Source of the DNA: the human T2T-CHM13v2.0 reference genome, Homo sapiens
Assembly: GCF_009914755.1 (NCBI RefSeq)
Contig: NC_060932.1
Reading direction: 5' to 3' (one strand)
Length of the DNA: 64,000 nucleotides
The notes under the pieces were generated by a model, which saw only the letters and a list, made by a program, of their open reading frames with translations, did no database searches and was not told where the DNA came from. The position numbers were made by a program, and so were the translations under genes. Shown in pieces: positions 12,127 to 27,100 of the stretch; positions within the stretch are counted from its first letter, which is position 1, and each line of letters begins with the position of its first letter.

Positions 12127-15100
12127 CATTCTGAGAATCACGTTTGTGATGTGGGTACTCAACTAACAGTGTTGATCCATTCTTTTGATACAGCAGTTTT
12201 GAACCACACTTTTTGTAGAATCTGCAAGTGGATGTTTGGATAGCTGTGAGGATTTCGTTGGAAACGGGAATGTCTTCATAGAAAATTTAGACAGAAGCAT
12301 TCTCAGAACCTTGATTGTGATGTGTGTTCTCCACTAACAGAGTTGAACCTTTCTTTTGACAGAACTGTTCTGAAACATTCTTTTTATAGAATCTGGAAGT
12401 GGATATTTGGAAAGCTTTGAGGATTTCGTTGGAAACGGGAATATCTTCAAATCAAATCTAGCCAGAAGCATTCTAAGAAACATCTTAGGGATGTTTACAT
12501 TCAAGTCACAGAGTTGAACATTCCCTTTCACAGAGCAGGTTTGAAACAATCTTCTCGTACTATCTGGCAGTGGACATTTTGAGCTCCTTGGGGCCTATGC
12601 TGAAAAAGGAAATATCTTCCGACAAAAACTAGACAGAAGCATTCGCAGAATCACGTTTGTGATGTGTGCACTCAACTGTCAGAATTGAACCTTGGTTTGG
12701 ACAGAGCACTTTTGAAACACTCTTTTTGTAGAATCTGCAGGTGGATATTTGGCTAGCTTTGAGGATTTCGTTGGAAACGGTAATGTCTTCAAAGAAAATC
12801 TAGACAGAAGCATTCTCAGAAACACCTTCGTGATGTTTGCAATCAAGTCACAGAGTTGAACCTTCCGTTTCATAGAGCAGGTTGGAAACACTCTTTTTGT
12901 AGTATCTGGAAGTGGACATTTGGAGGGCTTTGTAGCCTATCTGGAAAAAGGAAATATCTTCCCATGAATGCGAGATAGAAGTAATCTCAGAAACATGTTT
13001 ATGCTGTATCTACTCAACTAACTGTGCTGAACATTTCTATTGATAGAGCAGTTTTGAGACACTCTTCTTTTGGAATCTGCAAGTGGATATTTGGATAGAT
13101 TTGAGGATTTCGTTGGAAACGGGATTATATATCAAAAGTAGACAGCAGCATTCTCAGAAACTTCTTTGTGATGTTTGCATCCAGCTCTCAGAGTTGAACA
13201 TTCCCTTTCATAGAGTAGGTTTGAAACCCTCTTTTTATAGTGTCTGGAAGCGGCCATTTGGAGCGCTTTCAGGCCTATGCTGAAAAAGGAAATATCTACC
13301 TATAGAAACTAGACAGAAGCATTCTGAGAATCACGTTTGTGATGTGGGTACTCAACTAACAGTGTTGATCCATTCTTTTGATACAGCAGTTTTGAACCAC
13401 ACTTTTTGTAGAATCTGCAAGTGGATATTTGGATAGCTGTGAGGATTTCGTTGGAAACGGGAATGTCTTCATAGAAAATTTAGACAGAAGCATTCTCAGA
13501 ACCTTGATTGTGATGTGTGTTCTCCACTAACAGAGTTGAACCTTTCTTTTGACAGAACTGTTCTGAAACATTCTTTTTATAGAATCTGGAAGTGGATATT
13601 TGGAAAGCTTTGAGGATTTTGTTGGAAACGGGAATATCTTCAAATCAAATCTAGCCAGAAGCATTCTAAGAAACATCTTAGGGATGTTTACATTCAAGTC
13701 ACAGAGTTGAACATTCCCTTTCACAGAGCAGGTTTGAAACAATCTTCTCGTACTATCTGGCAGTGGACATTTTGAGCTCCTTGGGGCCTATGCTGAAAAA
13801 GGAAATATCTTCCGACAAAAACTAGACAGAAGCATTCGCAGAATCACGTTTGTGATGTGTGCACTCAACTGTCAGAATTGAACCTTGGTTTGGACAGAGC
13901 ACTTTTGAAACACTCTTTTTGTAGAATCTGCAGGTGGATATTTGGCTAGCTTTGAGGATTTCGTTGGAAACGGTAATGTCTTCAAAGAAAATCTAGACAG
14001 AAGCATTCTCAGAAACACCTTCGTGATGTTTGCAATCAAGTCACAGAGTTGAACCTTCCGTTTCATAGAGCAGGTTGGAAACACTCTTTTTGTAGTATCT
14101 GGAAGTGGACATTTGGAGGGCTTTGTAGCCTATCTGGAAAAAGGAAATATCTTCCCATGAATGCGAGATAGAAGTAATCTCAGAAACATGTTTATGCTGT
14201 ATCTACTCAACTAACTGTGCTGAACATTTCTATTGATAGAGCAGTTTTGAGACACTCTTCTTTTGGAATCTGCAAGTGGATATTTGGATAGATTTGAGGA
14301 TTTCGTTGGAAACGGGATTATATATAAAAAGTAGACAGCAGCATTCTCAGAAACTTCTTTGTGATGTTTGCATCCAGCTCCCAGAGTTGAACATTCCCTT
14401 TCATAGAGTAGGTTTGAAACCCTCTTTTTATAGTGTCTGGAAGCGGGCATTTGGAGCGCTTTCAGGCCTATGCTGAAAAAGGAAATATCTACCTATAGAA
14501 ACTAGACAGAAGCATTCTGAGAATCACGTTTGTGATGTGGGTACTCAACTAACAGTGTTGATCCATTCTTTTGATACAGCAGTTTTGAACCACACTTTTT
14601 GTAGAATCTGCAAGAGGATATTTGGATAGCTGTGAGGATTTCGTTGGAAACGGGAATGTCTTCATAGAAAATTTAGACAGAAGCATTCTCAGAACCTTGA
14701 TTGTGATGTGTGTTCTCCACTAACAGAGTTGAACCTTTCTTTTGACAGAACTGTTCTGAAACATTCTTGTTATAGAATCTGGAAGTGGATATTTGGAAAG
14801 CTTTGAGGATTTCGTTGGAAACGGGAATATCTTCAAATCACATCTAGCCAGAAGCATTCTAAGAAACATCTTAGGGATGTTTACATTCAAGTCACAGAGT
14901 TGAACATTCCCTTTCACAGAGCAGGTTTGAAACAATCTTCTCGTACTATCTGGCAGTGGACATTTTGAGCTCCTTGGGGCCTATGCTGAAAAAGGAAATA
15001 TCTTCCGACAAAAACTAGACAGAAGCATTCGCAGAATCACGTTTGTGATGTGTGCACTCAACTGTCAGAATTGAACCTTGGTTTGGACAGAGCACTTTTG

Positions 15101-18100
15101 AAACACTCTTTTTGTAGAATCTGCAGGTGGATATTTGGCTAGCTTTGAGGATTTCGTTGGAAACGGTAATGTCTTCAAAGAAAATCTAGACAGAAGCATT
15201 CTCAGAAACACCTTCGTGATGTTTGCAATCAAGTCACAGAGTTGAACCTTCCGTTTCATAGAGCAGGTTGGAAACACTCTTTTTGTAGTATCTGGAAGTG
15301 GACATTTGGAGGGCTTTGTAGCCTATGTGGAAAAAGGAAATATCTTCCCATGAATGCGAGATAGAAGTAATCTCAGAAACATGTTTATGCTGTATCTACT
15401 CAACTAACTGTGCTGAACATTTCTATTGATAGAGCAGTTTTGAGACACTCTTCTTTTGGAATCTGCAAGTGGATATTTGGATAGATTTGAGGATTTCGTT
15501 GGAAACGGGATTATATATCAAAAGTAGACAGCAGCATTCTCAGAAACTTCTTTGTGATGTTTGCATCCAGCTCTCAGAGTTGAACATTCCCTTTCATAGA
15601 GTAGGTTTGAAACCCTCTTTTTATAGTGTCTGGAAGCGGGCATTTGGAGCGCTTTCAGGCCTATGCTGAAAAAGGAAATATCTACCTATAGAAACTAGAC
15701 AGAAGCATTCTGAGAATCACGTTTGTGATGTGGGTACTCAACTAACAGTGTTGATCCATTCTTTTGATACAGCAGTTTTGAACCACACTTTTTGTAGAAT
15801 CTGCAAGTGGATATTTGGATAGCTGTGAGGATTTCGTTGGAAACGGGAATGTCTTCATAGAAAATTTAGACAGAAGCATTCTCAGAACCTTGATTGTGAT
15901 GTGTGTTCTCCACTAACAGAGTTGAACCTTTCTTTTGACAGAACTGTTCTGAAACATTCTTTTTATAGAATCTGGAAGTGGATATTTGGAAAGCTTTGAG
16001 GATTTCGTTGGAAACGGGAATATCTTCAAATCAAATCTAGCCAGAAGCATTCTAAGAAACATCTTAGGGATGTTTACATTCAAGTCACAGAGTTGAACAT
16101 TCCCTTTCACAGAGCAGGTTTGAAACAATCTTCTCGTACTATCTGGCAGGGGACATTTTGAGCTCCTTGGGGCCTATGCTGAAAAAGGAAATATCTTCCG
16201 ACAAAAACTAGACAGAAGCATTCGCAGAATCACGTTTGTGATGTGTGCACTCAACTGTCAGAATTGAACCTTGGTTTGGACAGAGCACTTTTGAAACACT
16301 CTTTTTGTAGAATCTGCAGGTGGATATTTGGCTAGCTTTGAGGATTTCGTTGGAAACGGTAATGTCTTCAAAGAAAATCTAGACAGAAGCATTCTCAGAA
16401 ACACCTTCGTGATGTTTGCAATCAAGTCACAGAGTTGAACCTTCCGTTTCATAGAGCAGGTTGGAAACACTCTTTTTGTAGTATCTGGAAGTGGACATTT
16501 GGAGGGCTTTGTAGCCTATCTGGAAAAAGGAAATATCTTCCCATGAATGCGAGATAGAAGTAATCTCAGAAACATGTTTATGCTGTATCTACTCAACTAA
16601 CTGTGCTGAACATTTCTATTGATAGAGCAGTTTTGAGACACTCTTCTTTTGGAATCTGCAAGTGGATATTTGGATAGATTTGAGGATTTCGTTGGAAACG
16701 GGATTATATATCAAAAGTAGACAGCAGCATTCTCAGAAACTTCTTTGTGATGTTTGCATCCAGCTCTCAGAGTTGAACATTCCCTTTCATAGAGTAGGTT
16801 TGAAACCCTCTTTTTATAGTGTCTGGAAGCGGGCATTTGGAGCGCTTTCAGGCCTATGCTGAAAAAGGAAATATCTACCTATAGAAACTAGACAGAAGCA
16901 TTCTGAGAATCACGTTTGTGATGTGGGTACTCAACTAACAGTGTTGATCCATTCTTTTGATACAGCAGTTTTGAACCACACTTTTTGTAGAATCTGCAAG
17001 TGGATATTTGGATAGCTGTGAGGATTTCGTTGGAAACGGGAATGTCTTCATAGAAAATTTAGACAGAAGCATTCTCAGAACCTTGATTGTGATGTGTGTT
17101 CTCCACTAACAGAGTTGAACCTTTCTTTTGACAGAACTGTTCTGAAACATTCTTTTTATAGAATCTGGAAGTGGATATTTGGAAAGCTTTGAGGATTTCG
17201 TTGGAAACGGGAATATCTTCAAATCAAATCTAGCCAGAAGCATTCTAAGAAACATCTTAGGGATGTTTACATTCAAGTCACAGAGTTGAACATTCCCTTT
17301 CACAGAGCAGGTTTGAAACAATCTTCTCGTACTATCTGGCAGGGGACATTTTGAGCTCCTTGGGGCCTATGCTGAAAAAGGAAATATCTTCCGACAAAAA
17401 CTAGACAGAAGCATTCGCAGAATCACGTTTGTGATGTGTGCACTCAACTGTCAGAATTGAACCTTGGTTTGGACAGAGCACTTTTGAAACACTCTTTTTG
17501 TAGAATCTGCAGGTGGATATTTGGCTAGCTTTGAGGATTTCGTTGGAAACGGTAATGTCTTCAAAGAAAATCTAGACAGAAGCATTCTCAGAAACACCTT
17601 CGTGATGTTTGCAATCAAGTCACAGAGTTGAACCTTCCGTTTCATAGAGCAGGTTGGAAACACTCTTTTTGTAGTATCTGGAAGTGGACATTTGGAGGGC
17701 TTTGTAGCCTATGTGGAAAAAGGAAATATCTTCCCATGAATGCGAGATAGAAGTAATCTCAGAAACATGTTTATGCTGTATCTACTCAACTAACTGTGCT
17801 GAACATTTCTATTGATAGAGCAGTTTTGAGACACTCTTCTTTTGGAATCTGCAAGTGGATATTTGGAGAGATTTGAGGATTTCGTTGGAAACGGGATTAT
17901 ATATCAAAAGTAGACAGCAGCATTCTCAGAAACTTCTTTGTGATGTTTGCATCCAGCTCTCAGAGTTGAACATTCCCTTTCATAGAGTAGGTTTGAAACC
18001 CTCTTTTTATAGTGTCTGGAAGCGGGCATTTGGAGCGCTTTCAGGCCTATGCTGAAAAAGGAAATATCTACCTATAGAAACTAGACAGAAGCATTCTGAG

Positions 18101-21100
18101 AATCACGTTTGTGATGTGGGTACTCAACTAACAGTGTTGATCCATTCTTTTGATACAGCAGTTTTGAACCACACTTTTTGTAGAATCTGCAAGTGGATAT
18201 TTGGATAGCTGTGAGGATTTCGTTGGAAACGGGAATGTCTTCATAGAAAATTTAGACAGAAGCATTCTCAGAACCTTGATTGTGATGTGTGTTCTCCACT
18301 AACAGAGTTGAACCTTTCTTTTGACAGAACTGTTCTGAAACATTCTTTTTATAGAATCTGGAAGTGGATATTTGGAAAGCTTTGAGGATTTCGTTGGAAA
18401 CGGGAATATCTTCAAATCAAATCTAGCCAGAAGCATTCTAAGAAACATCTTAGGGATGTTTACATTCAAGTCACAGAGTTGAACATTCCCTTTCACAGAG
18501 CAGGTTTGAAACAATCTTCTCGTACTATCTGGCAGTGGACATTTTGAGCTCCTTGGGGCCTATGCTGAAAAAGGAAATATCTTCCGACAAAAACTAGACA
18601 GAAGCATTCGCAGAATCACGTTTGTGATGTGTGCACTCAACTGTCAGAATTGAACCTTGGTTTGGACAGAGCACTTTTGAAACACTCTTTTTGTAGAATC
18701 TGCAGGTGGATATTTGGCTAGCTTTGAGGATTTCGTTGGAAACGGTAATGTCTTCAAAGAAAATCTAGACAGAAGCATTCTCAGAAACACCTTCGTGATG
18801 TTTGCAATCAAGTCACAGAGTTGAACCTTCCGTTTCATAGAGCAGGTTGGAAACACTCTTTTTGTAGTATCTGGAAGTGGACATTTGGAGGGCTTTGTAG
18901 CCTATGTGGAAAAAGGAAATATCTTCCCATGAATGCGAGATAGAAGTAATCTCAGAAACATGTTTATGCTGTATCTACTCAACTAACTGTGCTGAACATT
19001 TCTATTGATAGAGCAGTTTTGAGACACTCTTCTTTTGGAATCTGCAAGTGGATATTTGGATAGATTTGAGGATTTCGTTGGAAACGGGATTATATATCAA
19101 AAGTAGACAGCAGCATTCTCAGAAACTTCTTTGTGATGTTTGCATCCAGCTCTCAGAGTTGAACATTCCCTTTCATAGAGTAGGTTTGAAACCCTCTTTT
19201 TATAGTGTCTGGAAGCGGGCATTTAGAGCGCTTTCGGGCCTATGCTGAAAAAGGAAATATCTACCTATAGAAACTAGACAGAAGCATTCTGAGAATCACG
19301 TTTGTGATGTGGGTACTCAACTAACAGTGTTGATCCATTCTTTTGATACAGCAGTTTTGAACCACACTTTTTGTAGAATCTGCAAGTGGATATTTGGATA
19401 GCTGTGAGGATTTCGTTGGAAACGGGAATGTCTTCATAGAAAATTTAGACAGAAGCATTCTCAGAACCTTGATTGTGATGTGTGTTCTCCACTAACAGAG
19501 TTGAACCTTTCTTTTGACAGAACTGTTCTGAAACATTCTTGTTATAGAATCTGGAAGTGGATATTTGGAAAGCTTTGAGGATTTCGTTGGAAACGGGAAT
19601 ATCTTCAAATCAAATCTAGCCAGAAGCATTCTAAGAAACATCTTAGGGATGTTTACATTCAAGTCACAGAGTTGAACATTCCCTTTCACAGAGCAGGTTT
19701 GAAACAATCTTCTCGTACTATCTGGCAGTGGACATTTTGAGCTCCTTGGGGCCTATGCTGAAAAAGGAAATATCTTCCGACAAAAACTAGACAGAAGCAT
19801 TCGCAGAATCACGTTTGTGATGTGTGCACTCAACTGTCAGAATTGAACCTTGGTTTGGACAGAGCACTTTTGAAACACTCTTTTTGTAGAATCTGCAGGT
19901 GGATATTTGGCTAGCTTTGAGGATTTCGTTGGAAACGGTAATGTCTTCAAAGAAAATCTAGACAGAAGCATTCTCAGAAACACCTTCGTGATGTTTGCAA
20001 TCAAGTCACAGAGTTGAACCTTCCGTTTCATAGAGCAGGTTGGAAACACTCTTTTTGTAGTATCTGGAAGTGGACATTTGGAGGGCTTTGTAGCCTATCT
20101 GGAAAAAGGAAATATCTTCCCATGAATGCGAGATAGAAGTAATCTCAGAAAGATGTTTATGCTGTATCTACTCAACTAACTGTGCTGAACATTTCTATTG
20201 ATAGAGCAGTTTTGAGACACTCTTCTTTTGGAATCTGCAAGTGGATATTTGGATAGATTTGAGGATTTCGTTGGAAACGGGATTATATATAAAAAGTAGA
20301 CAGCAGCATTCTCAGAAACTTCTTTGTGATGTTTGCATCCAGCTCTCAGAGTTGAACATTCCCTTTCATAGAGTAGGTTTGAAACCCTCTTTTTATAGTG
20401 TCTGGAAGCGGGCATTTGGAGCGCTTTCAGGCCTATGCTGAAAAAGGAAATATCTACCTATAGAAACTAGACAGAAGCATTCTGAGAATCACGTTTGTGA
20501 TGTGGGTACTCAACTAACAGTGTTGATCCATTCTTTTGATACAGCAGTTTTGAACCACACTTTTTGTAGAATCTGCAAGTGGATATTTGGATAGCTGTGA
20601 GGATTTCGTTGGAAACGGGAATGTCTTCATAGAAAATTTAGACAGAAGCATTCTCAGAACCTTGATTGTGATGTGTGTTCTCCACTAACAGAGTTGAACC
20701 TTTCTTTTGACAGAACTGTTCTGAAACATTCTTTTTATAGAATCTGGAAGTGGATATTTGGAAAGCTTTGAGGATTTCGTTGGAAACGGGAATATCTTCA
20801 AATAAAATCTAGCCAGAAGCATTCTAAGAAACATCTTAGGGATGTTTACATTCAAGTCACAGAGTTGAACATTCCCTTTCACAGAGCAGGTTTGAAACAA
20901 TCTTCTCGTACTATCTGGCAGTGGACATTTTGAGCTCCTTGGGGCCTATGCTGAAAAAGGAAATATCTTCCGACAAAAACTAGACAGAAGCATTCGCAGA
21001 ATCACGTTTGTGATGTGTGCACTCAACTGTCAGAATTGAACCTTGGTTTGGACAGAGCACTTTTGAAACACTCTTTTTGTAGAATCTGCAGGTGGATATT

Positions 21101-24100
21101 TGGCTAGCTTTGAGGATTTCGTTGGAAACGGTAATGTCTTCAAAGAAAATCTAGACAGAAGCATTCTCAGAAACACCTTCGTGATGTTTGCAATCAAGTC
21201 ACAGAGTTGAACCTTCCGTTTCATAGAGCAGGTTGGAAACACTCTTTTTGTAGTATCTGGAAGTGGACATTTGGAGGGCTTTGTAGCCTATGTGGAAAAA
21301 GGAAATATCTTCCCATGAATGCGAGATAGAAGTAATCTCAGAAACATGTTTATGCTGTATCTACTCAACTAACTGTGCTGAACATTTCTATTGATAGAGC
21401 AGTTTTGAGACACTCTTCTTTTGGAATCTGCAAGTGGATATTTGGATAGATTTGAGGATTTCGTTGGAAACGGGATTATATATCAAAAGTAGACAGCAGC
21501 ATTCTCAGAAACTTCTTTGTGATGTTTGCATCCAGCTCTCAGAGTTGAACATTCCCTTTCATAGAGTAGGTTTGAAACCCTCTTTTTATAGTGTCTGGAA
21601 GCGGGCATTTAGAGCGCTTTCAGGCCTATGCTGAAAAAGGAAATATCTACCTATAGAAACTAGACAGAAGCATTCTGAGAATCACGTTTGTGATGTGGGT
21701 ACTCAACTAACAGTGTTGATCCATTCTTTTGATACAGCAGTTTTGAACCACACTTTTTGTAGAATCTGCAAGTGGATATTTGGATAGCTGTGAGGATTTC
21801 GTTGGAAACGGGAATGTCTTCATAGAAAATTTAGACAGAAGCATTCTCAGAACCTTGATTGTGATGTGTGTTCTCCACTAACAGAGTTGAACCTTTCTTT
21901 TGACAGAACTGTTCTGAAACATTCTTGTTATAGAATCTGGAAGTGGATATTTGGAAAGCTTTGAGGATTTCGTTGGAAACGGGAATATCTTCAAATCAAA
22001 TCTAGCCAGAAGCATTCTAAGAAACATCTTAGGGATGTTTACATTCAAGTCACAGAGTTGAACATTCCCTTTCACAGAGCAGGTTTGAAACAATCTTCTC
22101 GTACTATCTGGCAGTGGACATTTTGAGCTCCTTGGGGCCTATGCTGAAAAAGGAAATATCTTCCGACAAAAACTAGACAGAAGCATTCGCAGAATCACGT
22201 TTGTGATGTGTGCACTCAACTGTCAGAATTGAACCTTGGTTTGGACAGAGCACTTTTGAAACACTCTTTTTGTAGAATCTGCAGGTGGATATTTGGCTAG
22301 CTTTGAGGATTTCGTTGGAAACGGTAATGTCTTCAAAGAAAATCTAGACAGAAGCATTCTCAGAAACACCTTCGTGATGTTTGCAATCAAGTCACAGAGT
22401 TGAACCTTCCGTTTCATAGAGCAGGTTGGAAACACTCTTTTTGTAGTATCTGGAAGTGGACATTTGGAGGGCTTTGTAGCCTATCTGGAAAAAGGAAATA
22501 TCTTCCCATGAATGCGAGATAGAAGTAATCTCAGAAAGATGTTTATGCTGTATCTACTCAACTAACTGTGCTGAACATTTCTATTGATAGAGCAGTTTTG
22601 AGACACTCTTCTTTTGGAATCTGCAAGTGGATATTTGGATAGATTTGAGGATTTCGTTGGAAACGGGATTATATATAAAAAGTAGACAGCAGCATTCTCA
22701 GAAACTTCTTTGTGATGTTTGCATCCAGCTCTCAGAGTTGAACATTCCCTTTCATAGAGTAGGTTTGAAACCCTCTTTTTATAGTGTCTGGAAGCGGGCA
22801 TTTGGAGCGCTTTCAGGCCTATGCTGAAAAAGGAAATATCTACCTATAGAAACTAGACAGAAGCATTCTGAGAATCACGTTTGTGATGTGGGTACTCAAC
22901 TAACAGTGTTGATCCATTCTTTTGATACAGCAGTTTTGAACCACACTTTTTGTAGAATCTGCAAGTGGATATTTGGATAGCTGTGAGGATTTCGTTGGAA
23001 ACGGGAATGTCTTCATAGAAAATTTAGACAGAAGCATTCTCAGAACCTTGATTGTGATGTGTGTTCTCCACTAACAGAGTTGAACCTTTCTTTTGACAGA
23101 ACTGTTCTGAAACATTCTTTTTATAGAATCTGGAAGTGGATATTTGGAAAGCTTTGAGGATTTCGTTGGAAACGGGAATATCTTCAAATAAAATCTAGCC
23201 AGAAGCATTCTAAGAAACATCTTAGGGATGTTTACATTCAAGTCACAGAGTTGAACATTCCCTTTCACAGAGCAGGTTTGAAACAATCTTCTCGTACTAT
23301 CTGGCAGTGGACATTTTGAGCTCCTTGGGGCCTATGCTGAAAAAGGAAATATCTTCCGACAAAAACTAGACAGAAGCATTCGCAGAATCACGTTTGTGAT
23401 GTGTGCACTCAACTGTCAGAATTGAACCTTGGTTTGGACAGAGCACTTTTGAAACACTCTTTTTGTAGAATCTGCAGGTGGATATTTGGCTAGCTTTGAG
23501 GATTTCGTTGGAAACGGTAATGTCTTCAAAGAAAATCTAGACAGAAGCATTCTCAGAAACACCTTCGTGATGTTTGCAATCAAGTCACAGAGTTGAACCT
23601 TCCGTTTCATAGAGCAGGTTGGAAACACTCTTTTTGTAGTATCTGGAAGTGGACATTTGGAGGGCTTTGTAGCCTATGTGGAAAAAGGAAATATCTTCCC
23701 ATGAATGCGAGATAGAAGTAATCTCAGAAACATGTTTATGCTGTATCTACTCAACTAACTGTGCTGAACATTTCTATTGATAGAGCAGTTTTGAGACACT
23801 CTTCTTTTGGAATCTGCAAGTGGATATTTGGATAGATTTGAGGATTTCGTTGGAAACGGGATTATATATAAAAAGTAGACAGCAGCATTCTCAGAAACTT
23901 CTTTGTGATGTTTGCATCCAGCTCTCAGAGTTGAACATTCCCTTTCATACAGTAGGTTTGAAACCCTCTTTTTATAGTGTCTGGAAGCGGGCATTTGGAG
24001 CGCTTTCAGGCCTATGCTGAAAAAGGAAATATCTACCTATAGAAACTAGACAGAAGCATTCTGAGAATCACGTTTGTGATGTGGGTACTCAACTAACAGT

Positions 24101-27100
24101 GTTGATCCATTCTTTTGATACAGCAGTTTTGAACCACACTTTTTGTAGAATCTGCAAGTGGATATTTGGATAGCTGTGAGGATTTCGTTGGAAACGGGAA
24201 TGTCTTCATAGAAAATTTAGACAGAAGCATTCTCAGAACCTTGATTGTGATGTGTGTTCTCCACTAACAGAGTTGAACCTTTCTTTTGACAGAACTGTTC
24301 TGAAACATTCTTTTTATAGAATCTGGAAGTGGATATTTGGAAAGCTTTGAGGATTTCGTTGGAAACGGGAATATCTTCAAATCAAATCTAGCCAGAAGCA
24401 TTCTAAGAAACATCTTAGGGATGTTTACATTCAAGTCACAGAGTTGAACATTCCCTTTCACAGAGCAGGTTTGAAACAATCTTCTCGTACTATCTGGCAG
24501 TGGACATTTTGAGCTCCTTGGGGCCTATGCTGAAAAAGGAAATATCTTCCGACAAAAACTAGACAGAAGCATTCGCAGAATCACGTTTGTGATGTGTGCA
24601 CTCAACTGTCAGAATTGAACCTTGGTTTGGACAGAGCACTTTTGAAACACTCTTTTTGTAGAATCTGCAGGTGGATATTTGGCTAGCTTTGAGGATTTCG
24701 TTGGAAACGGTAATGTCTTCAAAGAAAATCTAGACAGAAGCATTCTCAGAAACACCTTCGTGATGTTTGCAATCAAGTCACAGAGTTGAACCTTCCGTTT
24801 CATAGAGCAGGTTGGAAACACTCTTTTTGTAGTATCTGGAAGTGGACATTTGGAGGGCTTTGTAGCCTATGTGGAAAAAGGAAATATCTTCCCATGAATG
24901 CGAGATAGAAGTAATCTCAGAAACATGTTTATGCTGTATCTACTCAACTAACTGTGCTGAACATTTCTATTGATAGAGCAGTTTTGAGACACTCTTCTTT
25001 TGGAATCTGCAAGTGGATATTTGGATAGATTTGAGGATTTCGTTGGAAACGGGATTATATATCAAAAGTAGACAGCAGCATTCTCAGAAACTTCTTTGTG
25101 ATGTTTGCATCCAGCTCTCAGAGTTGAACATTCCCTTTCATAGAGTAGGTTTGAAACCCTCTTTTTATAGTGTCTGGAAGCGGGCATTTGGAGCGCTTTC
25201 AGGCCTATGCTGAAAAAGGAAATATCTACCTATAGAAACTAGACAGAAGCATTCTGAGAATCACGTTTGTGATGTGGGTACTCAACTAACAGTGTTGATC
25301 CATTCTTTTGATACAGCAGTTTTGAACCACACTTTTTGTAGAATCTGCAAGTGGATATTTGGATAGCTGTGAGGATTTCGTTGGAAACGGGAATGTCTTC
25401 ATAGAAAATTTAGACAGAAGCATTCTCAGAACCTTGATTGTGATGTGTGTTCTCCACTAACAGAGTTGAACCTTTCTTTTGACAGAACTGTTCTGAAACA
25501 TTCTTTTTATAGAATCTGGAAGTGGATATTTGGAAAGCTTTGAGGATTTCGTTGGAAACGGGAATATCTTCAAATAAAATCTAGCCAGAAGCATTCTAAG
25601 AAACATCTTAGGGATGTTTACATTCAAGTCACAGAGTTGAACATTCCCTTTCACAGAGCAGGTTTGAAACAATCTTCTCGTACTATCTGGCAGTGGACAT
25701 TTTGAGCTCCTTGGGGCCTATGCTGAAAAAGGAAATATCTTCCGACAAAAACTAGACAGAAGCATTCGCAGAATCACGTTTGTGATGTGTGCACTCAACT
25801 GTCAGAATTGAACCTTGGTTTGGACAGAGCACTTTTGAAACACTCTTTTTGTAGAATCTGCAGGTGGATATTTGGCTAGCTTTGAGGATTTCGTTGGAAA
25901 CGGTAATGTCTTCAAAGAAAATCTAGACAGAAGCATTCTCAGAAACACCTTCGTGATGTTTGCAATCAAGTCACAGAGTTGAACCTTCCGTTTCATAGAG
26001 CAGGTTGGAAACACTCTTTTTGTAGTATCTGGAAGTGGACATTTGGAGGGCTTTGTAGCCTATGTGGAAAAAGGAAATATCTTCCCATGAATGCGAGATA
26101 GAAGTAATCTCAGAAACATGTTTATGCTGTATCTACTCAACTAACTGTGCTGAACATTTCTATTGATAGAGCAGTTTTGAGACACTCTTCTTTTGGAATC
26201 TGCAAGTGGATATTTGGATAGATTTGAGGATTTCGTTGGAAACGGGATTATATATCAAAAGTAGACAGCAGCATTCTCAGAAACTTCTTTGTGATGTTTG
26301 CATCCAGCTCTCAGAGTTGAACATTCCCTTTCATAGAGTAGGTTTGAAACCCTCTTTTTATAGTGTCTGGAAGCGGGCATTTGGAGCGCTTTCAGGCCTA
26401 TGCTGAAAAAGGAAATATCTACCTATAGAAACTAGACAGAAGCATTCTGAGAATCACGTTTGTGATGTGGGTACTCAACTAACAGTGTTGATCCATTCTT
26501 TTGATACAGCAGTTTTGAACCACACCTTTTGTAGAATCTGCAAGTGGATATTTGGATAGCTGTGAGGATTTCGTTGGAAACGGGAATGTCTTCATAGAAA
26601 ATTTAGACAGAAGCATTCTCAGAACCTTGATTGTGATGTGTGTTCTCCACTAACAGAGTTGAACCTTTCTTTTGACAGAACTGTTCTGAAACATTCTTTT
26701 TATAGAATCTGGAAGTGGATATTTGGAAAGCTTTGAGGATTTCGTTGGAAACGGGAATATCTTCAAATCAAATCTAGCCAGAAGCATTCTAAGAAACATC
26801 TTAGGGATGTTTACATTCAAGTCACAGAGTTGAACATTCCCTTTCACAGAGCAGGTTTGAAACAATCTTCTCGTACTATCTGGCAGTGGACATTTTGAGC
26901 TCCTTGGGGCCTATGCTGAAAAAGGAAATATCTTCCGACAAAAACTAGACAGAAGCATTCGCAGAATCACGTTTGTGATGTGTGCACTCAACTGTCAGAA
27001 TTGAACCTTGGTTTGGACAGAGCACTTTTGAAACACTCTTTTTGTAGAATCTGCAGGTGGATATTTGGCTAGCTTTGAGGATTTCGTTGGAAACGGTAAT

